DNA of 64,000 bases, taken from the IMG/VR virus record IMGVR_UViG_3300042291_001013; one strand, given 5' to 3'. Made by a program: the position numbers and the translations under genes. Of this stretch, positions 54,086-63,751 are shown piece by piece (positions within the stretch are counted from its first letter, which is position 1; every line of letters starts with the position of its first letter). Origin of the DNA: a virus (taxonomy: Duplodnaviria; Caudoviricetes). Below the pieces are notes generated by a model. That model ran no database searches. It was not told the DNA's origin and was given only the letters and a program-made list of their open reading frames with translations.

Positions 54086-55832
54086 CCGTATTGTAGCTGG
54101 TAAACCCGTTTTCTTTGATAACCTTGAGAATGTTCTCCACACGACCGGCCAGCTCGTCTCTGTGACTCACAAGCCAAATACTCTTGTGACGCTCACGACT
54201 CATCTTCTTCAGCAGGCCCAAAGCATTCTCCACGCCCTGTGTGTCCAAGCCGTTGTCAATGAGTTCATCAATGAACAACAGATTAATAGGACTGTACAAA
54301 CTTTCCCACACGTCACGGAATGCCCAGCTCATGCTGAGAATCAGTCGGTTACGTTCGCCTCGACTTAAATTATCAAAGTCTAGCTCACGGCCCAGTTCTT
54401 CAATGCTCACAGTAAGGTCGTTCATGAATTTAACTGTGTGCGGTAATCCAATTCTATCCAAGTAGTGTGTGAGCCGCTGATTGAGATAGCTCAAGTTTTG
54501 ATCAATAATTTTCTTACGAACAAAACTGTCTTTGGATGTTAGCAGTTTGAGCAAGAAGTCTTGATGTTCTTGCAATCTAGTTAGCTCATTCAAATGATCG
54601 TAACTTACAACCTGCAGAGCTTGTCCCTGCATGTCAGAAATCTGTTCAGTGTAAGGGTCAGTTTCACTGCGACGAGCTTCCAAACTAGTGCGAAGTGTGC
54701 TCAAGGTATTGCGATGATTTAATGCATCTTCCAAGGTGTCATAAAACACCGTGGGTGCTGTGCCCAACGCACCCACCTGTGTCAACATGTCTTGGTGTCC
54801 TTGACGCTGTGTGTCGTTGGCCAAAAGTTGTAAAGCAGTTTCTTTTACTAGATCTTCTTTGGCTTGTTTGAGTTCATCTTGTTTGTTGTCATGCAAGTCC
54901 TGACCACAACTATGGCACTTGTGATCGTCTAGTGCTGTAATCTCAGTTCGGAGTTTGTCCAACAGTTTTTGTTGTTTGACATCATCAGCATCTATCTGAC
55001 GGATATAACGAGTAGCATCATCTATGGCTTTTTTCCGTACATGGAATGCTTCTAAATCTCTGTGCGCTTGTACTTCAACGTCAATGTCAATGTGTTCAAG
55101 GTCAGCTATGGCTTGTTCAAAATTCGCACAGTCTTCATTTTGTTTTTTAACCCACAAGGTTTGACGTTTGCGTAGACTTTCAATTTGTTCTTCAATTCGC
55201 TTGTTGGCTTCTTGTGTGGCTCGAATACGCATTTCTTCTTGCGCAATGCCATCTTTAGTTTGACGATTGAGTTCTTTGATACGATCAGCTTTTTCACTCA
55301 GCAATGTAATGCCCAGCAACTGTTCAATGATCACACGTTGTTCATTGGCCTTTAAACTGAGAAACGGCGGAGTGTAAGTGTTCAAGCCTACAATGTGTTG
55401 AAACATGTCATGGCTCATACCAAGCATGCGTTCAATCTCGTCTTGTGTTTCTCTTGAATCACCTTGTGCTTCGTCAGTGGCTGTTTTTTCTTGATTGTTT
55501 ACATAAAATCTCAGCACATTGGGTTTGCGTCCACGTTCAATACGATAGGAAATGCTGTTAACGTCAAGATCAACACTGACTAGCATGCCCTTGGCGTTGG
55601 TTTTGTTTACCAAGTTGTCTTTGCGAATGTTGCTTAATGCCTGTCCAAACAAGGCATAACTTAACGCATTGATGATTGTGGTTTTGCCTGTGCCATTGCG
55701 CGAGCCGTCACCACCAAGGTCTAAGTTTTCGCCTAGAACAAGTGTAAGGTCTGTGCGATCAAAGTCAACACCTTGCGTAGCATTGCCCACGCTCATGAAA
55801 TTTCGAACAGTTAAGTTTTTAATTTGAATCAT
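54069..55832 (-). CDS. gp46: Recombination ATPase (Rad50/SbcC-like)
   Basis: NFMSVGN, Walker A RNGTGKTT, CHSCGQ zinc hook, LSRGE signature, LLFIDE. Confidence 0.95.
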   Translation of the reverse strand: MIQIKNLTVRNFMSVGNATQGVDFDRTDLTLVLGENLDLGGDGSRNGTGKTTIINALSYALFGQALSNIRKDNLVNKTNAKGMLVSVDLDVNSISYRIERGRKPNVLRFYVNNQEKTATDEAQGDSRETQDEIERMLGMSHDMFQHIVGLNTYTPPFLSLKANEQRVIIEQLLGITLLSEKADRIKELNRQTKDGIAQEEMRIRATQEANKRIEEQIESLRKRQTLWVKKQNEDCANFEQAIADLEHIDIDVEVQAHRDLEAFHVRKKAIDDATRYIRQIDADDVKQQKLLDKLRTEITALDDHKCHSCGQDLHDNKQDELKQAKEDLVKETALQLLANDTQRQGHQDMLTQVGALGTAPTVFYDTLEDALNHRNTLSTLRTSLEARRSETDPYTEQISDMQGQALQVVSYDHLNELTRLQEHQDFLLKLLTSKDSFVRKKIIDQNLSYLNQRLTHYLDRIGLPHTVKFMNDLTVSIEELGRELDFDNLSRGERNRLILSMSWAFRDVWESLYSPINLLFIDELIDNGLDTQGVENALGLLKKMSRERHKSIWLVSHRDELAGRVENILKVIKENGFTSYNTDVELA

Positions 55833-56845
55833 AGAGTCTGGTAAATTTTCAATAGTAGTTTGTTGTCGTAGAATTCTGATTCAATGTTGGTAATCTGATC
55901 AGTGACAATTTGATCTACTGATTCAAATTTAACTTCGCCAGGAGCCATGTCTGTGTCAACGCCAGATGACTTGTTTGGTATTAGTGACATTTCTCTCAGC
56001 GCATAGTCCTTGACAAAAGTTTCTTTAATGAAGTTTGCTTCTTCGTAGCTGATCTCAATGTCTAGATTAACACGCACATGCATCTTGGGTTGAAGAAGCT
56101 TTTGAGCATTGTCAATAAGAGTTGCAAGCCCGTAAACTCTGTAAGTGGGCTGATCAGGCCAGGCATGATATACTGGATCTTGTCCCCACTCCAGTACAGT
56201 AAGTCCACGTTCGTCATCACCAGCGTCGGCATAGTTGTGTGGAAAGCAGTTGCCAATGTAGGTAATGTTCTTTTTGGTTTGACGTTTGTGAAAGTGTCCA
56301 GTGAACACATGCCCAAAACCCCCAAGGTCTTCTCTGCGAATCTCACCATGATCCGGCATCTCTACCATGGCATTCATCAAATAGCCAGGCAGTTCAAAAT
56401 GCCCAAACAAGTAATCACCTTTTAGTTTGGCCAGGCGTTTGTGATCATCGCCGCACAACCAAGGAGCAATAGTAACATTGCCGTCGCTAAACCAATCGTT
56501 ACATATAGTAACATTGGGAAGATGTCGTGCCCACTCCACACTTTGTATATCACGTTTATCCCGATAATACAAATCGTGATTACCAGGAATGAAATACACA
56601 CGTTCAAAATTAGCATTCATGTGCTCCAGTGCTCGTAAGCTGTAGTTTAGAGTGACAATATTTAGGCTGGCCCGATTGTTGTGCCAGTCGCCCAGGAACA
56701 AGCAGGTCTCACAACCTTCAGATCGGGCCTTGGCAGTTGCCCACTTGACAAAGTTTAGGCAATCCTCATTGTGTTGAACGCTGTTGCTTTTTAGACCAAA
56801 GTGGATGTCGGTGAAGATCGCGGCTTTACGAAATAGATTTGTCAT
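55829..56845 (-). CDS. gp47: Recombination nuclease (Mre11/SbcD-like)
   Basis: FTDIHFG, LGDWH, PGNHD, GHFE, TGHFH metallophosphoesterase motifs. Confidence 0.95.
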   Translation of the reverse strand: MTNLFRKAAIFTDIHFGLKSNSVQHNEDCLNFVKWATAKARSEGCETCLFLGDWHNNRASLNIVTLNYSLRALEHMNANFERVYFIPGNHDLYYRDKRDIQSVEWARHLPNVTICNDWFSDGNVTIAPWLCGDDHKRLAKLKGDYLFGHFELPGYLMNAMVEMPDHGEIRREDLGGFGHVFTGHFHKRQTKKNITYIGNCFPHNYADAGDDERGLTVLEWGQDPVYHAWPDQPTYRVYGLATLIDNAQKLLQPKMHVRVNLDIEISYEEANFIKETFVKDYALREMSLIPNKSSGVDTDMAPGEVKFESVDQIVTDQITNIESEFYDNKLLLKIYQTL

Positions 56846-56851
56846 TGATAT

Positions 56852-56880
56852 AGTTTAACAGATAAAACAAACAATCGCAA
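56852..56880 (-). promoter_or_regulatory. Sigma70-type promoter for gp47-gp46, leaderless
   Basis: TTGCGA-N17-TAAACT with extended TG, 6 nt before ATG 56845. Confidence 0.55.
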
Positions 56881-56890
56881 CGTATTTGGT

Positions 56891-58426
56891 TTAATTAAAT
56901 CCCATAGCATCAGCTATTTCTGGATGGACCCGGGCAAAGTTTTCGCCCCTTATGTTATCTACCAATTTGATGTTTTTAACAAAATCTTGACCGTCGCTCT
57001 GCAACAAGGAATTTTTAACCACATCTAATACAAAATTCAATCGTTGTTGATGAATTTCTGGTAAACCAGAATTGGCCAAACGATTAATTACCAGTTGTTT
57101 TGCTCGGGGGGTTAGCCGTCTAATACACATCCAGGATGGGGTCTGTAGTATGTTGTAAAAGTAATCATCAATACCTTGACTTAACAACCATTGTATCAGT
57201 TCTGGAAGATACAGCACGTTTTGCACATTTACTGTGATTGATATGCCCATAGTTAGACCAGTATTAGACATGAATTTTTTAAGATTGTTTTGTAGTTGAT
57301 CCCATGTGGCGCCTGACCGTTGATACTCAAACCTTTGATCAATGTCGTCAATGCTCATGGTTATAGTCAATCGATGAAATTGATTAGCACGATCGAACAC
57401 GTCATGATACTGTGTGCCATTTGTTACAAATTCAAAAATGCAATCTTTACTAAGATTGTTATCAATAAGATATTGCATAAATTCTAGGTTCTCTTTGATC
57501 ATCAAAGGCTCACCGCCGAGAAATTCAAAATTGCGTAGTTGCGGGATTGCCTTGATTTGGTCAAAGAACATTCCACGATGTTTTTTCCAATTGTTGTTGA
57601 TTAACATTGTATACACTGGATTGTTTTTGTACTCTTCAGAGTTATTGGCAAGTTTTTCTGTGGCAATAGAACTGCTGAAATCTTCGCTACAAATTCTACA
57701 TTTGAGATTACAAAGGTTGCCAAGATGACCGCCAATGAATCCAATATTATGATCTGAATCAGACTCCCAATCAATGTGACCCCAAATATTTTGTAATTTA
57801 AATCTAGTGAGTTGACGTTTACTCAACCCACCACTGTTTTCAATAGAGGTACACTTGGAACAACCTGATGGTACCTTGCCCTGTCTAAATTCTTCTCTCA
57901 GGGAATTCATGTGTTTGCTATTAACAATTTCTTTTATTGTATGCTGGCGTATGTTAAAATCTTGATTGTTGTTGTCTCTGAGATTGCCTGAAAATTCACA
58001 ACATAGCTGTGTAGTTCCGTCGGGTAACACATGAATTCCACTCCAGGCATGAGCACACATGTGATTGTTGTTGTTAAACATTGGCCTGGCTGTTTCAACT
58101 GTGTTGTGCTTGTTACCTTGAGCTTGCTGTACTACCCTAATAGGTTCAACCAAAGATTCAAAATATTCCTGGGTCTCAGATTGATTGGTAATCACAGAAA
58201 CAAAATACGGAGATATGTCAATGTATTGCAGTACGTTAACAATATGATCCAGCGTGGATCTTTGTACAGGAGAAAAATTATAAAAAATAAACCGATCTTC
58301 GCTGTTGTAAACCGGCTTATAGTGAGGGATCAACTCTTTGTACAAAGTAGAACTTGGCTGGTGTTCTAAATCTTCAATCCATACTACAGCTATTTCGTTG
58401 TAAGTACCGGCCATTGTGTTAGTCAT
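56891..58426 (-). CDS. Radical SAM protein with N-terminal SPASM-like domain
   Basis: C..AW...H...DG..QLCC (SPASM-like) preceding LGNLCNLKCRIC and FLGGEP, TNGT. Confidence 0.85.
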   Translation of the reverse strand: MTNTMAGTYNEIAVVWIEDLEHQPSSTLYKELIPHYKPVYNSEDRFIFYNFSPVQRSTLDHIVNVLQYIDISPYFVSVITNQSETQEYFESLVEPIRVVQQAQGNKHNTVETARPMFNNNNHMCAHAWSGIHVLPDGTTQLCCEFSGNLRDNNNQDFNIRQHTIKEIVNSKHMNSLREEFRQGKVPSGCSKCTSIENSGGLSKRQLTRFKLQNIWGHIDWESDSDHNIGFIGGHLGNLCNLKCRICSEDFSSSIATEKLANNSEEYKNNPVYTMLINNNWKKHRGMFFDQIKAIPQLRNFEFLGGEPLMIKENLEFMQYLIDNNLSKDCIFEFVTNGTQYHDVFDRANQFHRLTITMSIDDIDQRFEYQRSGATWDQLQNNLKKFMSNTGLTMGISITVNVQNVLYLPELIQWLLSQGIDDYFYNILQTPSWMCIRRLTPRAKQLVINRLANSGLPEIHQQRLNFVLDVVKNSLLQSDGQDFVKNIKLVDNIRGENFARVHPEIADAMGFN

Positions 58427-59321
58427 TTGTGTCTAAACTGCTTGTAACCGTTCCGCTCATGGCCGCCATTGAATGTTTGCCAGAGTTCTGTCTGGTCCAT
58501 GAAGGATTCAGTCCGTTCATTTCCAGAATGTCATCACGGATGTTTTGATTTTTCTTTTCAATGTTCAAGATACGAGTAAAGCTATTAGTGATAGCGGCAG
58601 TATAATACGCAAAAGGGTTCTGCGATTTTGACTCGTCAAATTGCAATCCAATTTGGCTGAGCTGTAACAGGGCCTGTCCCCGCATTTCTTCGTTGTATGT
58701 GTATCCACGCCAGTTACTCCTTGTAGCATATCTTTCGCACAGTTTCATAAACATCATGGCCAGCTTGCGGGTCATGTTGCCATGTTCTCTACTGAACTCA
58801 CCAGTTTGTAAATCGCCTTTCCAGTGACTACGTCCCACAATAAACGGGACTTTATCTTTGTCTAAGCGATAGTGTTCAAATGGGGGGAAATTTAATCGCA
58901 CATGATTCATGTCCAGCACAGGCTCTTCAACCAGGTCAGCCAGTGGATCATCTTCTGTAGCGTCATCTAGATCTAGAATGTCTTCTAGTTTTCTGCGCTT
59001 GGCCTCGGCCTTGGTAATTTTTTTAGGCGCCTTGGGAATATGATCCCAGCAAGTGATACGAAACACAATGTCTGCGTTGGGTATTTTTTTGGGGTCTACT
59101 ATGGTACCTTCACGCTTGAGTCGGTCAGCACGATTGCGACGTGCTTCGGCCACAGTGCGTTGATTGATTTTGTCCAGGCTGGGTAAAATCATATCATACT
59201 GATGATCTAGTTCTCGATCCTGGTACCAACAGTATGTGTTTTTGCTGTGATGTATTTCTTTTAAGATATCTCTGTTGTTGAGATAGTTCACGCGAGGTGC
59301 AGTTTTTGGCAATAAAGTCAT
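58419..59321 (-). CDS. gp55: Late transcription sigma factor
   Basis: NYLNNRD.L.EI...LCERYATRSNWRGYTYNEEM...QFDE.KSQNPFAYYT.AI.NSF.R.L..EKK. Confidence 0.9.
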   Translation of the reverse strand: MTLLPKTAPRVNYLNNRDILKEIHHSKNTYCWYQDRELDHQYDMILPSLDKINQRTVAEARRNRADRLKREGTIVDPKKIPNADIVFRITCWDHIPKAPKKITKAEAKRRKLEDILDLDDATEDDPLADLVEEPVLDMNHVRLNFPPFEHYRLDKDKVPFIVGRSHWKGDLQTGEFSREHGNMTRKLAMMFMKLCERYATRSNWRGYTYNEEMRGQALLQLSQIGLQFDESKSQNPFAYYTAAITNSFTRILNIEKKNQNIRDDILEMNGLNPSWTRQNSGKHSMAAMSGTVTSSLDTND

Positions 59322-59344
59322 GGTTGACTGTGTCTCCTAATGTG

Positions 59345-59377
59345 TACTTATTGTAGCAGAAAAACAACATTTGTCAA
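59345..59377 (-). promoter_or_regulatory. Sigma70 promoter overlapped by a late-type box upstream of gp55
   Basis: TTGACA-N16-TACAAT (59372-59377 and 59350-59355) running into TAAGTA (59345-59350); SD AGGAGA. Confidence 0.6.
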
Positions 59378-59435
59378 CCTTTTTGTTAAACTACGCCGAA
59401 AAAGATTGGGTTAAATAAGGTATAGGAACACAATC

Positions 59436-62400
59436 ATGGCACAGGGATACGATCCAGCAAAAGCGGCAGAAGTAAACAGACTTATAGCACAAGGACAAAC
59501 TCCTCGCGATGCCTTGGCACAGGCTGGTATCACTCAAGAAGAATTTGGCAACTACAACTATGATACTGAAACCAGTGTGCTTGGGCCGCAAAATGGGCCG
59601 CCCAGTAACGAACAATCAGTTAGTCCAGCTAGCGATCCCAGTCAATTTCCTGCATATGATGATGATGGCAATCTACAACCGGGCTTTGCCATCAATGATG
59701 AAAACGGCGAGCCATACTATCGTGGCTACCCGTCACAGGATGTGACAAATCAGCCAGTTAATCCGGCCTTTGATCCCAGTCAATTTCCTGCATATGATGA
59801 TGACGGCAACCTACAACCAGGATTTGCCATCAATGACGAAACAGGTGGCACATACTATCGTGGCCTAGGCCCACTGACACAACAGACTTCAGGCTTTGAT
59901 CCAAATTTTAATGAGTTTGGGGGATTAGATGAAGCCATTGCCGCTCAACAAAATGCAACACCAATTAACAATCCCTACTATGGATTAACTCCCACACAAT
60001 TGCAAGACCTTGGTGGAGCAGATCCTACAGATCCGTACATACGTGCTAGACTAGGTATTCCTCAATTGCCAGGATCCACGCTATTTGCCACTGGCGGATT
60101 TGGCACAATCAAAACTGGGGTTCCTTTGATTGACACAGCACTGGGCATTGTGGGAGGTATTGCTGGCGGTATTGGTTCAGTGTTTAGTAATTTTGCATCT
60201 GCCATTGGTGGATTGTTTGGGCCCAAGCCCACAGCATCAACTACTGCGGCCACTACAGGTCTGGGATTTGCGGCATTGGCGGTACCAGTTGTAACACCGC
60301 CCAAGACAGACACACCTTTGCCAACCACAGCAGATCCCAGTCAGTTTCCAGCATATGATGATGATGGCAACCTACAACCGGGCTTTGCTATCAATGACGA
60401 AAACGGCGAACCATACTATCGTGGCTTCCCTAGTCAAGACGCTCAGGACACTCCAGTCAACCCTGCCAGCGATCCCAGCCAGTTCCCTGCATATGATGAT
60501 GATGGTAATTTGCAACCTGGTTTTGCTATCAATGACGAAAACGGCGGTACCTATTATCGTGGCTTTGAAAGAAACACAGACCAACCACTGAGTGTTACCG
60601 CGGATCCCAGCCAATTTCCGGCATATGATGACGATGGCAATCTACAACCTGGCTTTGCTATCAATGACGAAAACGGCGAACCATACTATCAAGGGTTTGA
60701 ACGCAATACTGATCGACCTCTAAGCCCAACAGCAGACCCCAGTCAGTTTCCGGCATATGACGATGATGGCAACCTACAACCTGGCTTTGCTATCAATGAC
60801 GAAAACGGCGAACCATACTATCAAGGATTTGAACGCAGTTACGACGTGCCGTTCAACCCAGACGAAGATCCGTTTGAACAATCCCGTTATGAAGCTGAAC
60901 TGGCATACAATGCTCAAGAGCCGTACGAGTTTGGGGCCGCCAACATCAATGATCCGTATTATGGATTGTCACCAGACCAGTTACAGGCTCTAGGTGGTGC
61001 AGACCCTACTGACCCTTACATACGTGCTAGATTAGGTATACCTCAGTTACCAGGCGAGACACTGATGGCTACCCCGGGGTTTGGCACAATCAAAACTGGC
61101 ATACCATTAATTGACAATGCATTGAGTTTCCTTGGCGGCCTATTTGGCAGCCCAACTCCGCCCCCTACACCTGCGGCTGTTCCAGTAGCACCCACTACGG
61201 ATCCCAGTCAGTTCCCTGCATATGATGATGACGGCAATCTACAACCTGGCTTTGCCATCAACGAAGAAAACGGCGAACCTTACTATCAAGGGTTTGACAA
61301 AAACACAGATCAGCCAGTTAACCCTGCTAGTGACCCCAGCCAGTTCCCGGCATATGATGATGACGGCAACCTACAACCAGGCTTTGCCATCAATGATGAA
61401 AACGGCGAGCCATACTATCGCGGTTTTGAAAGAAACACAGACCAGCCAGTTAATCCTGCCAGCGACCCCAGCCAATTCCCTGCCTATGACGATGATGGCA
61501 ATCTACAACCGGGATTTGCTATCAACGAAGAAACTGGCGAAACATATTTCCAAGGTGTGGGTCCTGCTACAGGCACAGATTCAACAACACTAAGCGCAGA
61601 ACAAGCGGATGCGTTCTACAATGGAACTGGTACTCCAACTGCCGCACAACAAGCAGAAACCAATGCAAAAACCGCAGCCGATGCGGCAGCATTGTATCCA
61701 GGAACAGATAACACAAACTTAAAGAACATCAACGAAGCATCAGGAGCCATTGCACAAAACGAAGCTGGCATTGCCAACGCTCAAAGTATCATTGATCAAA
61801 ACAATGCTGAACTAGCAGATCCTGATATCAGCGACGAACGCAGAGCAGAGTTAGAAGCCAACAATGCCGCTCAAGAAAACTATATTAGACTAGCAGAAGA
61901 TAATACTGCTGAAAATGAGTTAGTGATTGAATCCAATGCAGACGCATTTGCGGCAGGTGGTGGCGACCCTGACAGTGGGCAAAGCCCCGATGAAGTTGCG
62001 GCTTTGGAAGATCCTGGCCTACAAGAAAATGTATTTGATCCTGGCGAAACAGTTAATGCCAACGGTGAATCAGTGTTTGATCCTGAAAATGTTGAGCCTA
62101 ATTCAGATCCGTTTGAGCAAGCAAGATTTGAAGCAGAACTTGCGGCTGAGGTGCCTGTTGAAGACATTGTGTTAACTCCAGACGAACAAGCAGCCGCGGA
62201 TGATCCGTTTGAACAACGTCGTCTTGAACTTGAGCAAGAAGCAAATCGTGAAGAGTTGGCCATGGAAGCCACAGATGTTGAGCCCGGGCTGTTTACAGGC
62301 CAGACTGATGAGTTTGGCGGTGTAGATGAAGCAGTGGCTATAGAACAAGCTGACATTGACACACGCAATGATCCTGCGTTGTCTGAAGAAGAAATTCAAG

Positions 62401-63449
62401 CTGAACTTGATCGAGCTGTTGAAAACAATGATGCCGAAGACGTTGAACCCAGTCCAATTGATGTAGATGCTGAAATAGAAAGAGCCGCAGCCGAAGGTGC
62501 TGAACAATATGAAGCCACAGACGTTAATTCAAGTGATGACGAAGGATTGCCAAAAGAAGGTGGTGGAGATCTTGCTAATGAACGTGATGATGCTGCCGCA
62601 GTTGATGCCGCATCTCAAAATGCCACAGTGGCCAAGGCCAAAGAACAAGCAACACTGCAAGCAAGATACAAACAGCCAGGCGTGACAGATTGGCGTGTGC
62701 GTTTGGTCTTGGCCGAGAACAGCGATTATCTTTACAATTCAGACGATGCTGACATTTTAAAACCTTTGAAAGGCAGTAACGGGGTGATATTCCCTTACAC
62801 TCCAAACATCACCACGTCATACACGGCCAATTATGAGCAATACAATCTCATACACTCAAACTATCGTGGCTTGTTCTACAAGAACAGTAACGTGGGTGAT
62901 GTACAAATTCGCGGAACGTTCACAGCACAAGACACACAAGAAGCACAGTACCTGTTGTCAGTAATACACTTTTTTAGATCAGTTACCAAAATGTTCTATG
63001 GCAAAGATGCACAACGTGGTACGCCACCACCCTTGGTATATCTAGTGGGCTACGGTGATTGGCAGTTCTCTGGACATCCTTGTGTGGTAGGATCTTTTAA
63101 TTACAATTTGCCCAATGAAGTGGACTACATACGTGCCAGCAGTCCCAACAATTACGGAACCAGTTTGTTTAATCGCAGAACTCCAGTGGCATCCAATTCA
63201 GGTGGCACAAACTACAGCGGAGCCATTAGATTGGCCAATGCACTGTTGCCACAAGGCGCACTACCACAAGTACCATCGCCAGGGCCTTTACCACAAGCAG
63301 TTTCCAACACTAATAGAGCATCATACGTACCAACCAAAATGGAAATTGACATCACATTGATACCAGTGCAAACACGCGAACAAGTTAGCAAGCAGTTTAG
63401 CCTCAAGGCATTTGCCAATGGTAATCTGCTCAAAGGAGGTTATTGGTAA
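59436..63449 (+). CDS. Baseplate tail-tube-initiator-like protein (gp48/gp54-type C-terminal domain) with ~1080 aa acidic repeat extension
   Basis: C-terminal DWRVRL...GVIFPYTP.I...Y.A.Y......HSNY....Y..S....I...FT.Q...EA.Y.L...HF.RS.TKM.YG...GTPPP; TAAATA at 59412-59417. Confidence 0.7.
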   Translation: MAQGYDPAKAAEVNRLIAQGQTPRDALAQAGITQEEFGNYNYDTETSVLGPQNGPPSNEQSVSPASDPSQFPAYDDDGNLQPGFAINDENGEPYYRGYPSQDVTNQPVNPAFDPSQFPAYDDDGNLQPGFAINDETGGTYYRGLGPLTQQTSGFDPNFNEFGGLDEAIAAQQNATPINNPYYGLTPTQLQDLGGADPTDPYIRARLGIPQLPGSTLFATGGFGTIKTGVPLIDTALGIVGGIAGGIGSVFSNFASAIGGLFGPKPTASTTAATTGLGFAALAVPVVTPPKTDTPLPTTADPSQFPAYDDDGNLQPGFAINDENGEPYYRGFPSQDAQDTPVNPASDPSQFPAYDDDGNLQPGFAINDENGGTYYRGFERNTDQPLSVTADPSQFPAYDDDGNLQPGFAINDENGEPYYQGFERNTDRPLSPTADPSQFPAYDDDGNLQPGFAINDENGEPYYQGFERSYDVPFNPDEDPFEQSRYEAELAYNAQEPYEFGAANINDPYYGLSPDQLQALGGADPTDPYIRARLGIPQLPGETLMATPGFGTIKTGIPLIDNALSFLGGLFGSPTPPPTPAAVPVAPTTDPSQFPAYDDDGNLQPGFAINEENGEPYYQGFDKNTDQPVNPASDPSQFPAYDDDGNLQPGFAINDENGEPYYRGFERNTDQPVNPASDPSQFPAYDDDGNLQPGFAINEETGETYFQGVGPATGTDSTTLSAEQADAFYNGTGTPTAAQQAETNAKTAADAAALYPGTDNTNLKNINEASGAIAQNEAGIANAQSIIDQNNAELADPDISDERRAELEANNAAQENYIRLAEDNTAENELVIESNADAFAAGGGDPDSGQSPDEVAALEDPGLQENVFDPGETVNANGESVFDPENVEPNSDPFEQARFEAELAAEVPVEDIVLTPDEQAAADDPFEQRRLELEQEANREELAMEATDVEPGLFTGQTDEFGGVDEAVAIEQADIDTRNDPALSEEEIQAELDRAVENNDAEDVEPSPIDVDAEIERAAAEGAEQYEATDVNSSDDEGLPKEGGGDLANERDDAAAVDAASQNATVAKAKEQATLQARYKQPGVTDWRVRLVLAENSDYLYNSDDADILKPLKGSNGVIFPYTPNITTSYTANYEQYNLIHSNYRGLFYKNSNVGDVQIRGTFTAQDTQEAQYLLSVIHFFRSVTKMFYGKDAQRGTPPPLVYLVGYGDWQFSGHPCVVGSFNYNLPNEVDYIRASSPNNYGTSLFNRRTPVASNSGGTNYSGAIRLANALLPQGALPQVPSPGPLPQAVSNTNRASYVPTKMEIDITLIPVQTREQVSKQFSLKAFANGNLLKGGYW
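59634..61560 (+). repeat. Coding repeat array: nine A units (DPSQFPAYDDDGNLQPGFAIN(D/E)E..G..Y) and two B units
   Basis: A units start at 59634, 59772, 60333, 60471, 60603, 60735, 61200, 61332, 61464; B units at 59964 and 60945; order AABAAAABAAA. Confidence 0.95.
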
Positions 63450-63748
63450 TGGCTGAATACTCATCAACCAGTCCCTATTATCAAACGGGCTACAGTCAAT
63501 TCTTTTTAGATGTCATGGTCAATAGACCCATACCCAAAGAAGATGATGACCTAACATTTACTATCAACCAAACTTATCAGTACAGACCTGATATGTTGGC
63601 TTATGACCTGTATCAAACTTCCACGTTGTGGTGGGTGTTTTATCAACGCAATCCCAACACACTGCAAGCACCGCCCTTGGACTTTACTGTGGGCAAAATA
63701 ATTTATTTGCCAAAAATTTCAACGCTGAAAACAGCACTGGGATTCTAA
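63449..63748 (+). CDS. gp53: Baseplate wedge LysM-like protein
   Basis: YQYRPDMLAYDLY....LWWVF..RN; SD AAAGGAGG; start moved to ATG 63449. Confidence 0.7.
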   Translation: MAEYSSTSPYYQTGYSQFFLDVMVNRPIPKEDDDLTFTINQTYQYRPDMLAYDLYQTSTLWWVFYQRNPNTLQAPPLDFTVGKIIYLPKISTLKTALGF

Positions 63749-63751
63749 CAC

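Noticed and set aside
56422-56638. Short hydrophobic ORFs (possible holin or membrane peptide)
   Set aside because: Fully nested in gp47 in other frames, with no initiation signals.
59634-61560. Regularly spaced ~90 nt DNA repeats that could look like a CRISPR array
   Set aside because: Repeats are in frame within a long ORF, vary at synonymous positions, are too long and are not palindromic.
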